Shown: in pieces, positions 17,861-26,418 of the stretch
Position numbering within the stretch: the stretch's first letter is position 1
Layout: every line of letters starts with the position of its first letter
IMG/VR virus record: IMGVR_UViG_3300021256_000062
Span: 1-64,000 of that record
Direction: 5' to 3' (one strand)
Length of the DNA stretch: 64,000 nucleotides
DNA from: a virus
Taxonomy: Duplodnaviria > Caudoviricetes
Notes under the pieces: generated by a model
Told to the model about the DNA's origin: nothing
What the model saw: only the letters and a program-made list of their open reading frames with translations
Databases searched by the model: none
Translations under genes and position numbers: made by a program

Positions 17861-18622
17861 TTAATCTCCCCATCCATATTGGTAATCACCAATTAATTTA
17901 AAATATTCTGATATATCTTTTTGACGAGCATCCTCGGCTTCTTTAAAACGTTTATTTAATTCACTTTCATTTTCCTCATTTGATTTACCATTAGTCCATA
18001 CTGAAGTATAAGAAGTAGAAATATCTTTTTTAGTTAAATTGTTATCTTTTAACCATTCATCAACACTTCTAGTATCTTTATCTTTTGTAAATTCCTTTAG
18101 TCTATTGAAAGCCTCTTTAGATAATGGACTATCTAAATATAATTCATTATTAGATATAATATCTTCAAATATATCTCTATTATATAAACGTGCAAGTTCT
18201 TGTTTTTCAAGTTTCTCCCTTAAAGTTTTACCTTCAACATCTTTAAGTGGTGTTTTCTTATTAATAATTGTTATATTACATTTATTCTCTCTCAACCATT
18301 TATGTGCTTCATCTTCATATTTATCTTCTAGAATTTTATATCCAAGATTAATAACTTCACTCATTTCCCTAACTTGTCTTGATATCTCTTCTTCAGCTAA
18401 GATAGAATAATGAAGTATATAATCTCTCATCTCAATAATTTTAAATTGATTCAATTCAATTATACCATACCAAGGGAATTGTCTTTTAATGAAATATTTC
18501 CAACGACTTTTCCAACTCTTGTTAACAGTTTTGTCATAACCAATTAATTTGTCTGCAGCTTGTCTTAGGGTCATTTTAGTTTCTCTACTAGGATTACCCC
18601 ACCAACAATTTTTTTTAGACAT
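17861..18622 (-). CDS. hypothetical protein
   Basis: 253 aa ORF. Confidence 0.75.
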   Translation of the reverse strand: MSKKNCWWGNPSRETKMTLRQAADKLIGYDKTVNKSWKSRWKYFIKRQFPWYGIIELNQFKIIEMRDYILHYSILAEEEISRQVREMSEVINLGYKILEDKYEDEAHKWLRENKCNITIINKKTPLKDVEGKTLREKLEKQELARLYNRDIFEDIISNNELYLDSPLSKEAFNRLKEFTKDKDTRSVDEWLKDNNLTKKDISTSYTSVWTNGKSNEENESELNKRFKEAEDARQKDISEYFKLIGDYQYGWGD

Positions 18623-18626
18623 TATA

Positions 18627-18887
18627 TCACCTCTTAAATATATATTCAGTATAACCCAACTCCGCTAAGAAATCATTAATGGCAACATCAATAGTATTAC
18701 CTGGTTCAGGTTCTATAGCAGTACCATCAAATAATAATTCAACAACAGGTCTCTTACGTAAGGTAATCCATAACTGAATAGTATGTCCACCTTTTTCAGT
18801 ATGTCTTACAAAAAACCAAGTTTTGTCTTTTTTGGAGGGTTGTTGAAAAGTAAAACCCATTTTAGTAAATTTTTCTAAACTCTTCAT
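18627..18887 (-). CDS. hypothetical protein
   Basis: AAAGGAG RBS. Confidence 0.7.
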   Translation of the reverse strand: MKSLEKFTKMGFTFQQPSKKDKTWFFVRHTEKGGHTIQLWITLRKRPVVELLFDGTAIEPEPGNTIDVAINDFLAELGYTEYIFKR

Positions 18888-18909
18888 AATTATCTATCAT
18901 CTCCTTTAA

Positions 18910-18942
18910 TAAAAATAGGTAGACAAGAAAGTGTCTACCTAT
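18910..18942 (-). terminator. intrinsic terminator downstream of bS21
   Basis: ATAGGTAGACA-CTTTCT-TGTCTACCTAT-TTTT. Confidence 0.8.
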
Positions 18943-18984
18943 AGCTTATATTATCTGAAAGGATAAGTAATAATATAAGTTCAC
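18910..18984 (-). ncRNA. candidate ~75 nt small RNA (hairpin with UCCUUUC loop + terminator)
   Basis: GCTAAATTAT upstream; 10-bp stem 18945-54/18970-79; 11-bp perfect stem 18915-25/18932-42 followed by U-tract. Confidence 0.5.
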
Positions 18985-18994
18985 ATAATTTAGC
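18985..18994 (-). promoter_or_regulatory. candidate phage-specific promoter GCTAAATTAT
   Basis: second intergenic copy of the 10-mer. Confidence 0.5.
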
Positions 18995-19037
18995 TACTTT
19001 ATTTTAAATAATTTTTACTAAATTATTTAACTTTTCA

Positions 19038-19271
19038 CTACTTACTCATTCTTCTGATTTTAGCTTTAGCAATTCTTTTCTCTTTTTTACTACAATGATA
19101 TCTATGCATATTGAAATATTCAATAATTTGTTCCTTTTTAACTTCTCTTTTGAATTTCTTAATTAGTAATTCAGTCTTTTCTCCTGAAGTTAAATCTTTA
19201 GTTTCTCCATATTGAGTAATAATTTTTCTTTGGATTGCACTATTTGTAATTTTAGCCAACTTATTTTTCAC
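19038..19271 (-). CDS. rpsU: ribosomal protein bS21 homolog
   Basis: GEKTELLIKKFKREVKK..II.....RYH.SK.EKR..K aligns without gaps to the S21 pattern ES.E.ALRRFKR.V.K...L......FYEKPS.KR..K. Confidence 0.65.
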   Translation of the reverse strand: MKNKLAKITNSAIQRKIITQYGETKDLTSGEKTELLIKKFKREVKKEQIIEYFNMHRYHCSKKEKRIAKAKIRRMSK

Positions 19272-19276
19272 ATCCT

Positions 19277-19882
19277 TTAATTGTTATCTGTAATTCTTAA
19301 TTTATCTTTTATTATAAAATCTTCAAGTGCATTTCTTAATTCTACTTTAGTAGTTGATGCTTTAGAACTAGCTGTTAAAGATAATGAAGATATTGCTTCT
19401 TTTCTTCTTCTCAATAATTTAATTTCATTTTCTAATTCAGTAATTTGAGCCTCAATTGCTCTTGTCTCATTATTACAATCAGTTCTCTCTGTTTCAGCAT
19501 TCTTTTCTAATTCATCACTTAAATTCTTTAAAGTAGAAATCTTTTCTAATGCTTTATCTACATATGCTTGATTTAATTCATCATCATCTACACCTAAATC
19601 AACCTTATATAGTGTAATTAATGTTTTTCCATCTCTAGATAGTAAAAGTATCCATCCATTTCTATTACAATATACTTTAACAGGATTTGGTGACTTACCA
19701 ATTACTCCATCAAAATATAGTTCTGATGAAATGAATAATTTCTTTATTTCATTTTTAATTCCATTTTCAGCGTCATTACCTACTATAGAATTTTTTCCAT
19801 TCTTTACTCTTTCAATATATCTTTGTAAACAATGATTTGATATATTAATTTCTAAATTTTCAACATTATAATCCTTTTCCAT
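19277..19882 (-). CDS. hypothetical protein: possible RelE/BECR-like N-domain + C-terminal coiled coil
   Basis: ISNHCLQRYIER ... KTLITLY; heptad-rich C-half. Confidence 0.4.
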   Translation of the reverse strand: MEKDYNVENLEINISNHCLQRYIERVKNGKNSIVGNDAENGIKNEIKKLFISSELYFDGVIGKSPNPVKVYCNRNGWILLLSRDGKTLITLYKVDLGVDDDELNQAYVDKALEKISTLKNLSDELEKNAETERTDCNNETRAIEAQITELENEIKLLRRRKEAISSLSLTASSKASTTKVELRNALEDFIIKDKLRITDNN

Positions 19883-19910
19883 ATTCTCACCTTTTTCTAA
19901 ATTTTATAAC

Positions 19911-19985
19911 AAAAGGAGGTAGGACATCTTTCCGGGATGGAGATGTCCAAGACCACATTATTTGGGAAGAGTATTTAATACTCGA
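19911..19985 (-). ncRNA. GC-rich structured intergenic element ending in ACCTCCTTT
   Basis: stems GAGTATT/AATACTC and GGACATCT/AGATGTCC, then TACCTCCTTTT. Confidence 0.4.
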
Positions 19986-19988
19986 TAA

Positions 19989-20471
19989 TTAAAAGTTATA
20001 GAAGATATGTTCTTTAATTGTATTTAATCTAATAGTTAAATCTTCTTTGGTTATTACTGATTCATCAAATAGATATTCAATATCAAGTAATCTATCTATC
20101 TCATAATCCCAATCATCACACCACCTATTTGATACAAAACCAATTGTAGTAAATGGGACCTCTACTCTTAAACATGTTGAAGAACCTACACTATCATCTT
20201 CAGTAAAATCAACACCTCTATAATTGAATATAGTTGAACCATCTCGTTCAGTTTTAGTATAACATACATCTGAACTTAAGGCATCTAATTTAAGCTCTAA
20301 AAGTAGTGTTCTATACATATGAAATAAACATTTCGCATTTTCCTTAATTTGTCTACTTAATTCAAACATCTCATTGACATCTACTAATTTTTCTAATAAT
20401 CTTATCTTTTTACACATTAACTCTAATAATTTATCTCTATATACATAAAATATTTTTCTGTATAGTTCCAT
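19989..20471 (-). CDS. hypothetical protein
   Basis: start moved to ATG 20471 after GGAG. Confidence 0.7.
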   Translation of the reverse strand: MELYRKIFYVYRDKLLELMCKKIRLLEKLVDVNEMFELSRQIKENAKCLFHMYRTLLLELKLDALSSDVCYTKTERDGSTIFNYRGVDFTEDDSVGSSTCLRVEVPFTTIGFVSNRWCDDWDYEIDRLLDIEYLFDESVITKEDLTIRLNTIKEHIFYNF

Positions 20472-20475
20472 TATA

Positions 20476-20859
20476 TTATACTCCATTTTGTTTATTAAAG
20501 TATTCCTTTTCAATGTCACTCTCGTAATATAAACCAAGTGGCTCTACTCCAGCTATTGTTCTAAGCATTCCACATAAATCATTAACTTTGTATACAACTG
20601 GAATAACATCATATTTATTATATGGAGAATCATCCCCATATCTAATATCAATATAATTATAAAATGTATTTAAATCATTAAAGTTTTTATTGTGTAAATC
20701 ACACCACATCTTAAAATGTTCTTGATTCTCCAGGAATACTCTCATATTAATATAAGTTCTGGCTTGTCTCATATCACTTACTACAGTATATGGTTGTTTC
20801 AGTGATTCATTTCTATCTTCAGTATATGGTGTAATAAAATATAGTTTAACCTTTTTCAT
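20476..20859 (-). CDS. hypothetical protein
   Basis: 127 aa, AGGTGG RBS. Confidence 0.75.
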   Translation of the reverse strand: MKKVKLYFITPYTEDRNESLKQPYTVVSDMRQARTYINMRVFLENQEHFKMWCDLHNKNFNDLNTFYNYIDIRYGDDSPYNKYDVIPVVYKVNDLCGMLRTIAGVEPLGLYYESDIEKEYFNKQNGV

Positions 20860-20867
20860 AGTACCAC

Positions 20868-21296
20868 CTAAAATTTTGTTAAGTATTTGCTTTTATCTAA
20901 AGTGTAGTGAATATCAGCATTACTATTTAACCAAGCAGTCTTAATAAAAGCTGTAAAAGATTTCTTATCTTTGTTTAATCTAGGTATAATTACAATTGAT
21001 ATATCTCTAGACTCATCATAAGTTGTTCTTATACAAATTTTAGTTATTACCTTAAGGTTATTAATTTTACTGATTTCAACCTCAAAAGGTTTAATAGGAT
21101 TATTTTTTAATCCTAAAATAATATTAGTTACTTTATTCTTATCTAAATAGTGTTTGTAATCACCCATATTTACACATTGATTAGTAAAGTGATTAGAGTA
21201 AGTAACATTTGTAATAACCTTTTGAATCTTGTTATTTGTTTTAACTACATTTTCAGGCATATACACTTCAGAATGTAAAAGTCCAATTACTTCCAT
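20868..21296 (-). CDS. hypothetical protein, possible RelE/BECR-like fold
   Basis: YSNHF...KTAWLN...H.TLDKSKY; first gene after promoter. Confidence 0.4.
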   Translation of the reverse strand: MEVIGLLHSEVYMPENVVKTNNKIQKVITNVTYSNHFTNQCVNMGDYKHYLDKNKVTNIILGLKNNPIKPFEVEISKINNLKVITKICIRTTYDESRDISIVIIPRLNKDKKSFTAFIKTAWLNSNADIHYTLDKSKYLTKF

Positions 21297-21329
21297 ATTA
21301 AATTACCTCCAATTTAATTATCTACTACT

Positions 21330-21358
21330 ATTATAATGGTTTAATATGGATTTGTCAA
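21330..21358 (-). promoter_or_regulatory. consensus sigma-A promoter
   Basis: TTGACA-17 bp-TATAAT. Confidence 0.85.
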
Positions 21359-21370
21359 TACTATTTAACT

Positions 21371-21589
21371 TTATTTTTTATTTTCTTCTGCAAGTATTAA
21401 ACCAGTCAAGGTATCTCCCCTTGAAACTACATGATTATAGAAATCTCTTGTCTTATCTTCAGCTTTATTGTATCTACCAATAATTTTATTATAGAAATTA
21501 CGACCTATTTTATTTCCTGTAACTGTATCAGTTTCAATATAACCAATAATTCTACCATAGAAGTTTTTAACTTTTGTTTTCTCTATCAT
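21371..21589 (-). CDS. small protein with three internal repeats
   Basis: KNFYGRIIG / RNFYNKIIG / RDFYNHVVS. Confidence 0.7.
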   Translation of the reverse strand: MIEKTKVKNFYGRIIGYIETDTVTGNKIGRNFYNKIIGRYNKAEDKTRDFYNHVVSRGDTLTGLILAEENKK

Positions 21590-22292
21590 TTTTAGCTTTC
21601 TCTTGTTTTCTTAACATCTTCTCTAACTTTCTTCTTCTCTTCTCTGCAAGTCTTCTTTCTTTTCGATTTGCAGGTCTTGGACCCTTGTCACTCATTGCAA
21701 TTGTGGTGTAGTAATCAATGTTTTTCTTAAGTGCAAGTGCTTCATCATCATTTTTAATATCATCATTTAATTTAGTAGTTAATTCCTTTAATGATTCTCT
21801 ATATCCATTAAGAATTTCAATTTTTTCATCTTCAGTTAAATCATCAAAGTCATCATCAATAGGTAGTCCATAATCACTTATTTGGATTCCATCAATCAAT
21901 TCAAACATTTGTTGAAATTGGAATGCTGCAATACCTACTAAATTTAATTTACTGACATATCCAGATGATTTAGTAAACATAACATCAATTGAGTTATATC
22001 TAGGTATAATGTATTCTTGGTCTCCACAAGTTATACATTTTTCTCTACTGAAAGTTAATTCTTTTCTTTTAGTAATTAATGGATTAATGAAGAAATCAAT
22101 ACCATCTTTAAACTTCAATGCAATAACTCTTATATTATGACCAATTTGTGGAGCTGATAATGCAAGTAATTTTTCATTATTTTGTAAGTCATCATTTAAT
22201 TCCTGTAATATAGGAACTAGTGTTTCAGCCTCTCCTTTAATGTCTACTATTTCATCCGCTCTTTTAATATCTGTAATAGTTTCTAATATCAT
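21567..22292 (-). CDS. peptide deformylase-like protein lacking catalytic residues
   Basis: ALSAPQIG, EKCIT (for EGCLS), QQMFELIDG (for QHExDHLxG); basic C-terminal helix. Confidence 0.75.
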   Translation of the reverse strand: MILETITDIKRADEIVDIKGEAETLVPILQELNDDLQNNEKLLALSAPQIGHNIRVIALKFKDGIDFFINPLITKRKELTFSREKCITCGDQEYIIPRYNSIDVMFTKSSGYVSKLNLVGIAAFQFQQMFELIDGIQISDYGLPIDDDFDDLTEDEKIEILNGYRESLKELTTKLNDDIKNDDEALALKKNIDYYTTIAMSDKGPRPANRKERRLAEKRRRKLEKMLRKQEKAKNDRENKS

Positions 22293-22552
22293 TCTTTCAC
22301 CTCTTTAACTATTATAGTATATTTATCATTAGTAAAATCAGCATTTAAACGTATTGATATATCATCTCCTGTGAATGTAACTTCATTGATATCTTCAGTT
22401 ACTTCAACTGAATCTTCATCTAAAGTTAAACCATCAAATTCATTAAAGTAATCAAATAAATCTTGATATAGATTAGAATCTAATATTGGAGATTCTCCTT
22501 TATTATCTAATGTAATACCAAACTGATTAAGTTTTAAATCATTTAATGTCAT
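22289..22552 (-). CDS. acidic hypothetical protein
   Basis: GAGGTG RBS before ATG 22552. Confidence 0.7.
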   Translation of the reverse strand: MTLNDLKLNQFGITLDNKGESPILDSNLYQDLFDYFNEFDGLTLDEDSVEVTEDINEVTFTGDDISIRLNADFTNDKYTIIVKEVKE

Positions 22553-22925
22553 CGTCATCCACCTCATTATCTAATTGAGATTTTATATCATCCATTACTT
22601 GTTCATTTTCTTTTAGGATTGCAGTATCATCTGCACCTAACATATTGAATATTTCTTTTATAATTGGCTTTTTTGCCATTTCTTTCTTCTTTTTTCTTCT
22701 GCTCTTTGGAAGATTAAGGAGATACATAATATATGCAACTCTAGAGTAATTTTCCTTAATCTTATTATAAGAGTTTTCTATTGATTTTAATTGCTCTTCA
22801 CTTATATTACCATTTTTATAATCTTTATCTACAGCTTCAAGCATTTTTATAGACCTTTCATATTGTTTAGAAAGGTCATCACAATATTTAACAACATCAA
22901 TAAATGCCATATTACACCTCTTCAC
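22539..22925 (-). CDS. hypothetical protein
   Basis: 128 aa helical ORF. Confidence 0.7.
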   Translation of the reverse strand: MKRCNMAFIDVVKYCDDLSKQYERSIKMLEAVDKDYKNGNISEEQLKSIENSYNKIKENYSRVAYIMYLLNLPKSRRKKKKEMAKKPIIKEIFNMLGADDTAILKENEQVMDDIKSQLDNEVDDDDIK

Positions 22926-24168
22926 TTAAATCCATACTAATTGTATTTAGATTATTTCCCTCAAAGATTAATAATAGTTGACTTGGACTACTAAATAATC
23001 CTTTACTTAATGCATATTGTTCAGTTCCTACAACAGAACCATTTACAATTACTCTTGAACCCTGGAATGATTTTACTTTTTCACAATGATAATGTCCTAA
23101 ACAAATATAATCAATGAATTCTTTAGTTGCACCTGTCATCATTTGGAATGCATTATTTATATTACAATTATGTCCATGTGCAAACATAATCTTCTTACCA
23201 TTAGATAAAGTAAACTTACCAATACTTGCATCAATATTATCATTTATAAAATTGATTTTAGTTCCTTTTAATCTTTCTTGTAAGAACCAATCAATTAATT
23301 TATACATATTTTCTTCTTCAATGGCTTCTTCCTTATTTGCCATTACTCTAGAGTGATTATCAGTACAACTTCTATAGTTAACTATTGGTGCAGCCATTTG
23401 CAATGTATTTAATGTTTGTGCAATTAATTCTCCTGCAGTCATTACTTGACCTACTACATCCATTTCTTGTTCTATTCTAGCACTTGTATGAATAATTCCA
23501 TGAATCATATCACCTAAATTGATGATTTGTAATATTTTTACATTATTTCTTTTGCAATAATCAATTACATTACTTGTAAGTAACGATAATCTCTTTGCTG
23601 CAATATTAGAATTGTATTTATTGTAAAAATTATCACAACTAACACCTATATGTAAGTCTGAAAGTAATAAAACTGCTTCATTATTACCATCTCTTGGAAC
23701 ATTTGTAATAGAAATCTTTGGAAGTTCATTTAATTGGTCTACACTATTGACAATGCAATCTTTTAAGGCTTCAATTCTAGCATCTTCTCTTAATCCTCTT
23801 CTATAAGAAGACATAATATCTCTATATTTTTGTTGTTCCTTATATAGAATCTCCAATTTAGCTGTTATTTCATCTGTTTTCTCTAATTTTTCAGGTTCTA
23901 CATTAGTTTTTTCCAATACATCATCTTCAACTGTATCTAAAACTGTTTTATTTTGACCTCTTTTTTGAATTTTACCATCTCTAGTAAGTCTATTCTTAAT
24001 ATAGGTTCTTAAATTCTCTCCACTTGACCAATTTAATTCAACAGCTAGCCAATTCCAGTTCTTATCAGTGACATCTCTATAGATTTTTCCAATTTCATAT
24101 ACTTCATCTTTTGTATATGATGTCTTATTTAATGATTTTAAATATTCCTTAAATTCTTTTGTAGTCAT
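22912..24168 (-). CDS. metallophosphoesterase/nuclease with possible N-terminal HTH
   Basis: SDLHIG, LGDMIHG, DNH, AHGH, GHYH. Confidence 0.8.
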   Translation of the reverse strand: MTTKEFKEYLKSLNKTSYTKDEVYEIGKIYRDVTDKNWNWLAVELNWSSGENLRTYIKNRLTRDGKIQKRGQNKTVLDTVEDDVLEKTNVEPEKLEKTDEITAKLEILYKEQQKYRDIMSSYRRGLREDARIEALKDCIVNSVDQLNELPKISITNVPRDGNNEAVLLLSDLHIGVSCDNFYNKYNSNIAAKRLSLLTSNVIDYCKRNNVKILQIINLGDMIHGIIHTSARIEQEMDVVGQVMTAGELIAQTLNTLQMAAPIVNYRSCTDNHSRVMANKEEAIEEENMYKLIDWFLQERLKGTKINFINDNIDASIGKFTLSNGKKIMFAHGHNCNINNAFQMMTGATKEFIDYICLGHYHCEKVKSFQGSRVIVNGSVVGTEQYALSKGLFSSPSQLLLIFEGNNLNTISMDLSEEV

Positions 24169-24653
24169 TAATTGTCCTCATCATTCTTTTCAGTATTTGT
24201 ATTAGATAGTTTTAGAATTTCTTCTACAACACTTAATACTTTTTCTTTAGAAGATTGTGGTAATATAGGTGTTTGACCAATACTGATATTGTTTGTAGTT
24301 ACATTTATAGGTGGAAGTTCCTTAATTGTATCTGCAGATTCAGTTGCCTTATCAATTATTCCTTGAATAACTTTAATGTATCCGATAATATCTTTATCTT
24401 CAATTGCGTGTGGATGATTAACAATCCTATCAAATGCTTCTTCACTTAATTTATCTAGTATACCATTTAATTTTAAAATTCTAATCATATTTTTCTTGGC
24501 AATACTTTGATTAAATATTTGAACAAGTCTTTGCATTTGTTCAGTGTCATCAACACTAACAATATCCCCTACAATCTCCTTTAAATTACCATCAACCTCT
24601 TTATTTAATTCTTCATGAGAAACCTCACCTAACAATACTTTATCTTCACTCAT
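24168..24653 (-). CDS. hypothetical protein
   Basis: 161 aa ORF, TAATG overlaps. Confidence 0.75.
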   Translation of the reverse strand: MSEDKVLLGEVSHEELNKEVDGNLKEIVGDIVSVDDTEQMQRLVQIFNQSIAKKNMIRILKLNGILDKLSEEAFDRIVNHPHAIEDKDIIGYIKVIQGIIDKATESADTIKELPPINVTTNNISIGQTPILPQSSKEKVLSVVEEILKLSNTNTEKNDEDN

Positions 24654-24982
24654 TATAACAACTCCTTATATACATTAGTGATTTTATTAACTAATGATTT
24701 TTCAATAGTTTTCTTGAGTGGATTTGTTTCATTCTTAACGGTATCAATTACTAATTCTTCTAATCTTTCACTAGGGATAAAACGATATATAAGTCTATCA
24801 TTATCCATTATAATACTAATTGTCCCTATCCCAATATTAATTTCTACGACTTTAGAATCTTTACCTAATATGGTATCTTCAACATAGTCACAAATACACC
24901 ACTCACCTTTAGTTACTAATTTTTCTAATGATTCAGTAGGTATAGTTGTGATAGTTGAGATATCTTTAATTAAATCTCTCAT
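24653..24982 (-). CDS. hypothetical protein
   Basis: 109 aa ORF. Confidence 0.75.
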   Translation of the reverse strand: MRDLIKDISTITTIPTESLEKLVTKGEWCICDYVEDTILGKDSKVVEINIGIGTISIIMDNDRLIYRFIPSERLEELVIDTVKNETNPLKKTIEKSLVNKITNVYKELL

Positions 24983-24991
24983 CTAATTACC

Positions 24992-25195
24992 TCACAATCT
25001 ATTAATTTTTGAAAGTGCTTTAATTGGGTCTTTATCTAATAGATACATATATGCAGCGTCCAAACTCTTAACATATCTTTCAAAAGACATCTCTAGTCTA
25101 TCACTGACCAATTGTTCCATTAATTTTTTACCTTTAAAATTATTTACGTGAATTTTCATTTCTAATAATGTATCTTTAAAATTATTGTTGTCCAT
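24992..25195 (-). CDS. hypothetical protein
   Basis: 67 aa ORF. Confidence 0.65.
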   Translation of the reverse strand: MDNNNFKDTLLEMKIHVNNFKGKKLMEQLVSDRLEMSFERYVKSLDAAYMYLLDKDPIKALSKINRL

Positions 25196-25583
25196 CTATT
25201 TCGTAAAACTTATCTAGAATGTCACATAATTTACCATATATTTGTTTAATTTCTTTTAATTGTAAACTATCAATATCTCCTACTTTATTGACAGCTACAC
25301 CAAAGGAATCTCCTTCTAACTTAACACATTGGTAAATTAATAGTGCATTAATAATTGTTTGTAATTCACGTCTGGTGGGGATTCTAATTGTTACTCCACC
25401 GAAATAATCTAATAGGTTATATAAACTTTCTTTATCCTTTAGTACATATGCCAATTCACTTAAAGTGGAATATTCTTCAATACCACTTAATTGATACAAT
25501 GCAAATAATACTAATGAATAGACATCTGTACTTTTCAATACTTTTAAATCAGGTTTAGTTCTCATATACATCTTTCCTTTCAT
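25182..25583 (-). CDS. Mor-like transcription regulator (putative)
   Basis: LLDYFGGVTIRIP resembles the Mor/C family GG..(I/F)YIP motif. Confidence 0.45.
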   Translation of the reverse strand: MKGKMYMRTKPDLKVLKSTDVYSLVLFALYQLSGIEEYSTLSELAYVLKDKESLYNLLDYFGGVTIRIPTRRELQTIINALLIYQCVKLEGDSFGVAVNKVGDIDSLQLKEIKQIYGKLCDILDKFYEIDGQQ

Positions 25584-26418
25584 TATTACTAATTAACATT
25601 GCATTCAACATATCATCATCAATATCAAATTTCTTACATATTTCATACACATTATTTGAGAACATTATTTTAATTCTATTTAATAATACCTTAACAAAAC
25701 TTGTCATAGAATCATCTATTCCCCAAAGAATGATATCGTCATCTCTACTTCTATTTCTACTTTTATTGATTAATTTTTCTTTTGATTTAACTACTGAATC
25801 TTCTATTGTCTCTAATGTCTTATTGTCAACTGTAACATAATTTAACATATTCAATAAGCATGTCATTGTTAAATTGTGAACCATTCTATCATCATTTTTG
25901 TATGGAGTAAGTCTACATACTCTATTAATTAATCTAGGTAATTCTTCAATCTCACCTTTAACTAATTTGGATATGTTATCTTGTTCATTACTTAAGATAC
26001 TATCTTTAATATTGTTTTTATAACATACCATATCTACATAATTTCCAAATACATAGTTCTTATCTTCACTGACATCTTCAATTAATTCACTGAATTTGTA
26101 TTTTTGTTGCCAATATAACATCTTTTTATACATTACATTAACAATATAATTCTTACTTGATGTAATCTTAGTTAGTGTTGGATTTTCTCCAAATTGTTTA
26201 GGACTAGTTAATCTATTATAAATTAACATAGTAAACCAATTGGAGAAATCTTCACTATCTTTTATATTATAGAAATAACCTTGCTTATTGCATATAGCAA
26301 ATATAGATTCATATAAATATCTTATAATTGTATTTCTTTCTTGTTGAGTTAAATCTTCTTTGTATATGTTGTCATCAATATATTTAAACTTATCTACCGG
26401 TCTTTTTAAATCATCCAT
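25555..26418 (-). CDS. putative divergent sigma-like factor
   Basis: helical N-half with spacing reminiscent of sigma region 2; lies after sbcD/sbcC; weak. Confidence 0.3.
   Translation of the reverse strand: MDDLKRPVDKFKYIDDNIYKEDLTQQERNTIIRYLYESIFAICNKQGYFYNIKDSEDFSNWFTMLIYNRLTSPKQFGENPTLTKITSSKNYIVNVMYKKMLYWQQKYKFSELIEDVSEDKNYVFGNYVDMVCYKNNIKDSILSNEQDNISKLVKGEIEELPRLINRVCRLTPYKNDDRMVHNLTMTCLLNMLNYVTVDNKTLETIEDSVVKSKEKLINKSRNRSRDDDIILWGIDDSMTSFVKVLLNRIKIMFSNNVYEICKKFDIDDDMLNAMLISNNERKDVYEN

Noticed and set aside
19911-19985. tRNA or true rRNA fragment
   Set aside because: No cloverleaf or T-loop; similarity to 16S is limited to layout and the ACCTCCTTT tail.
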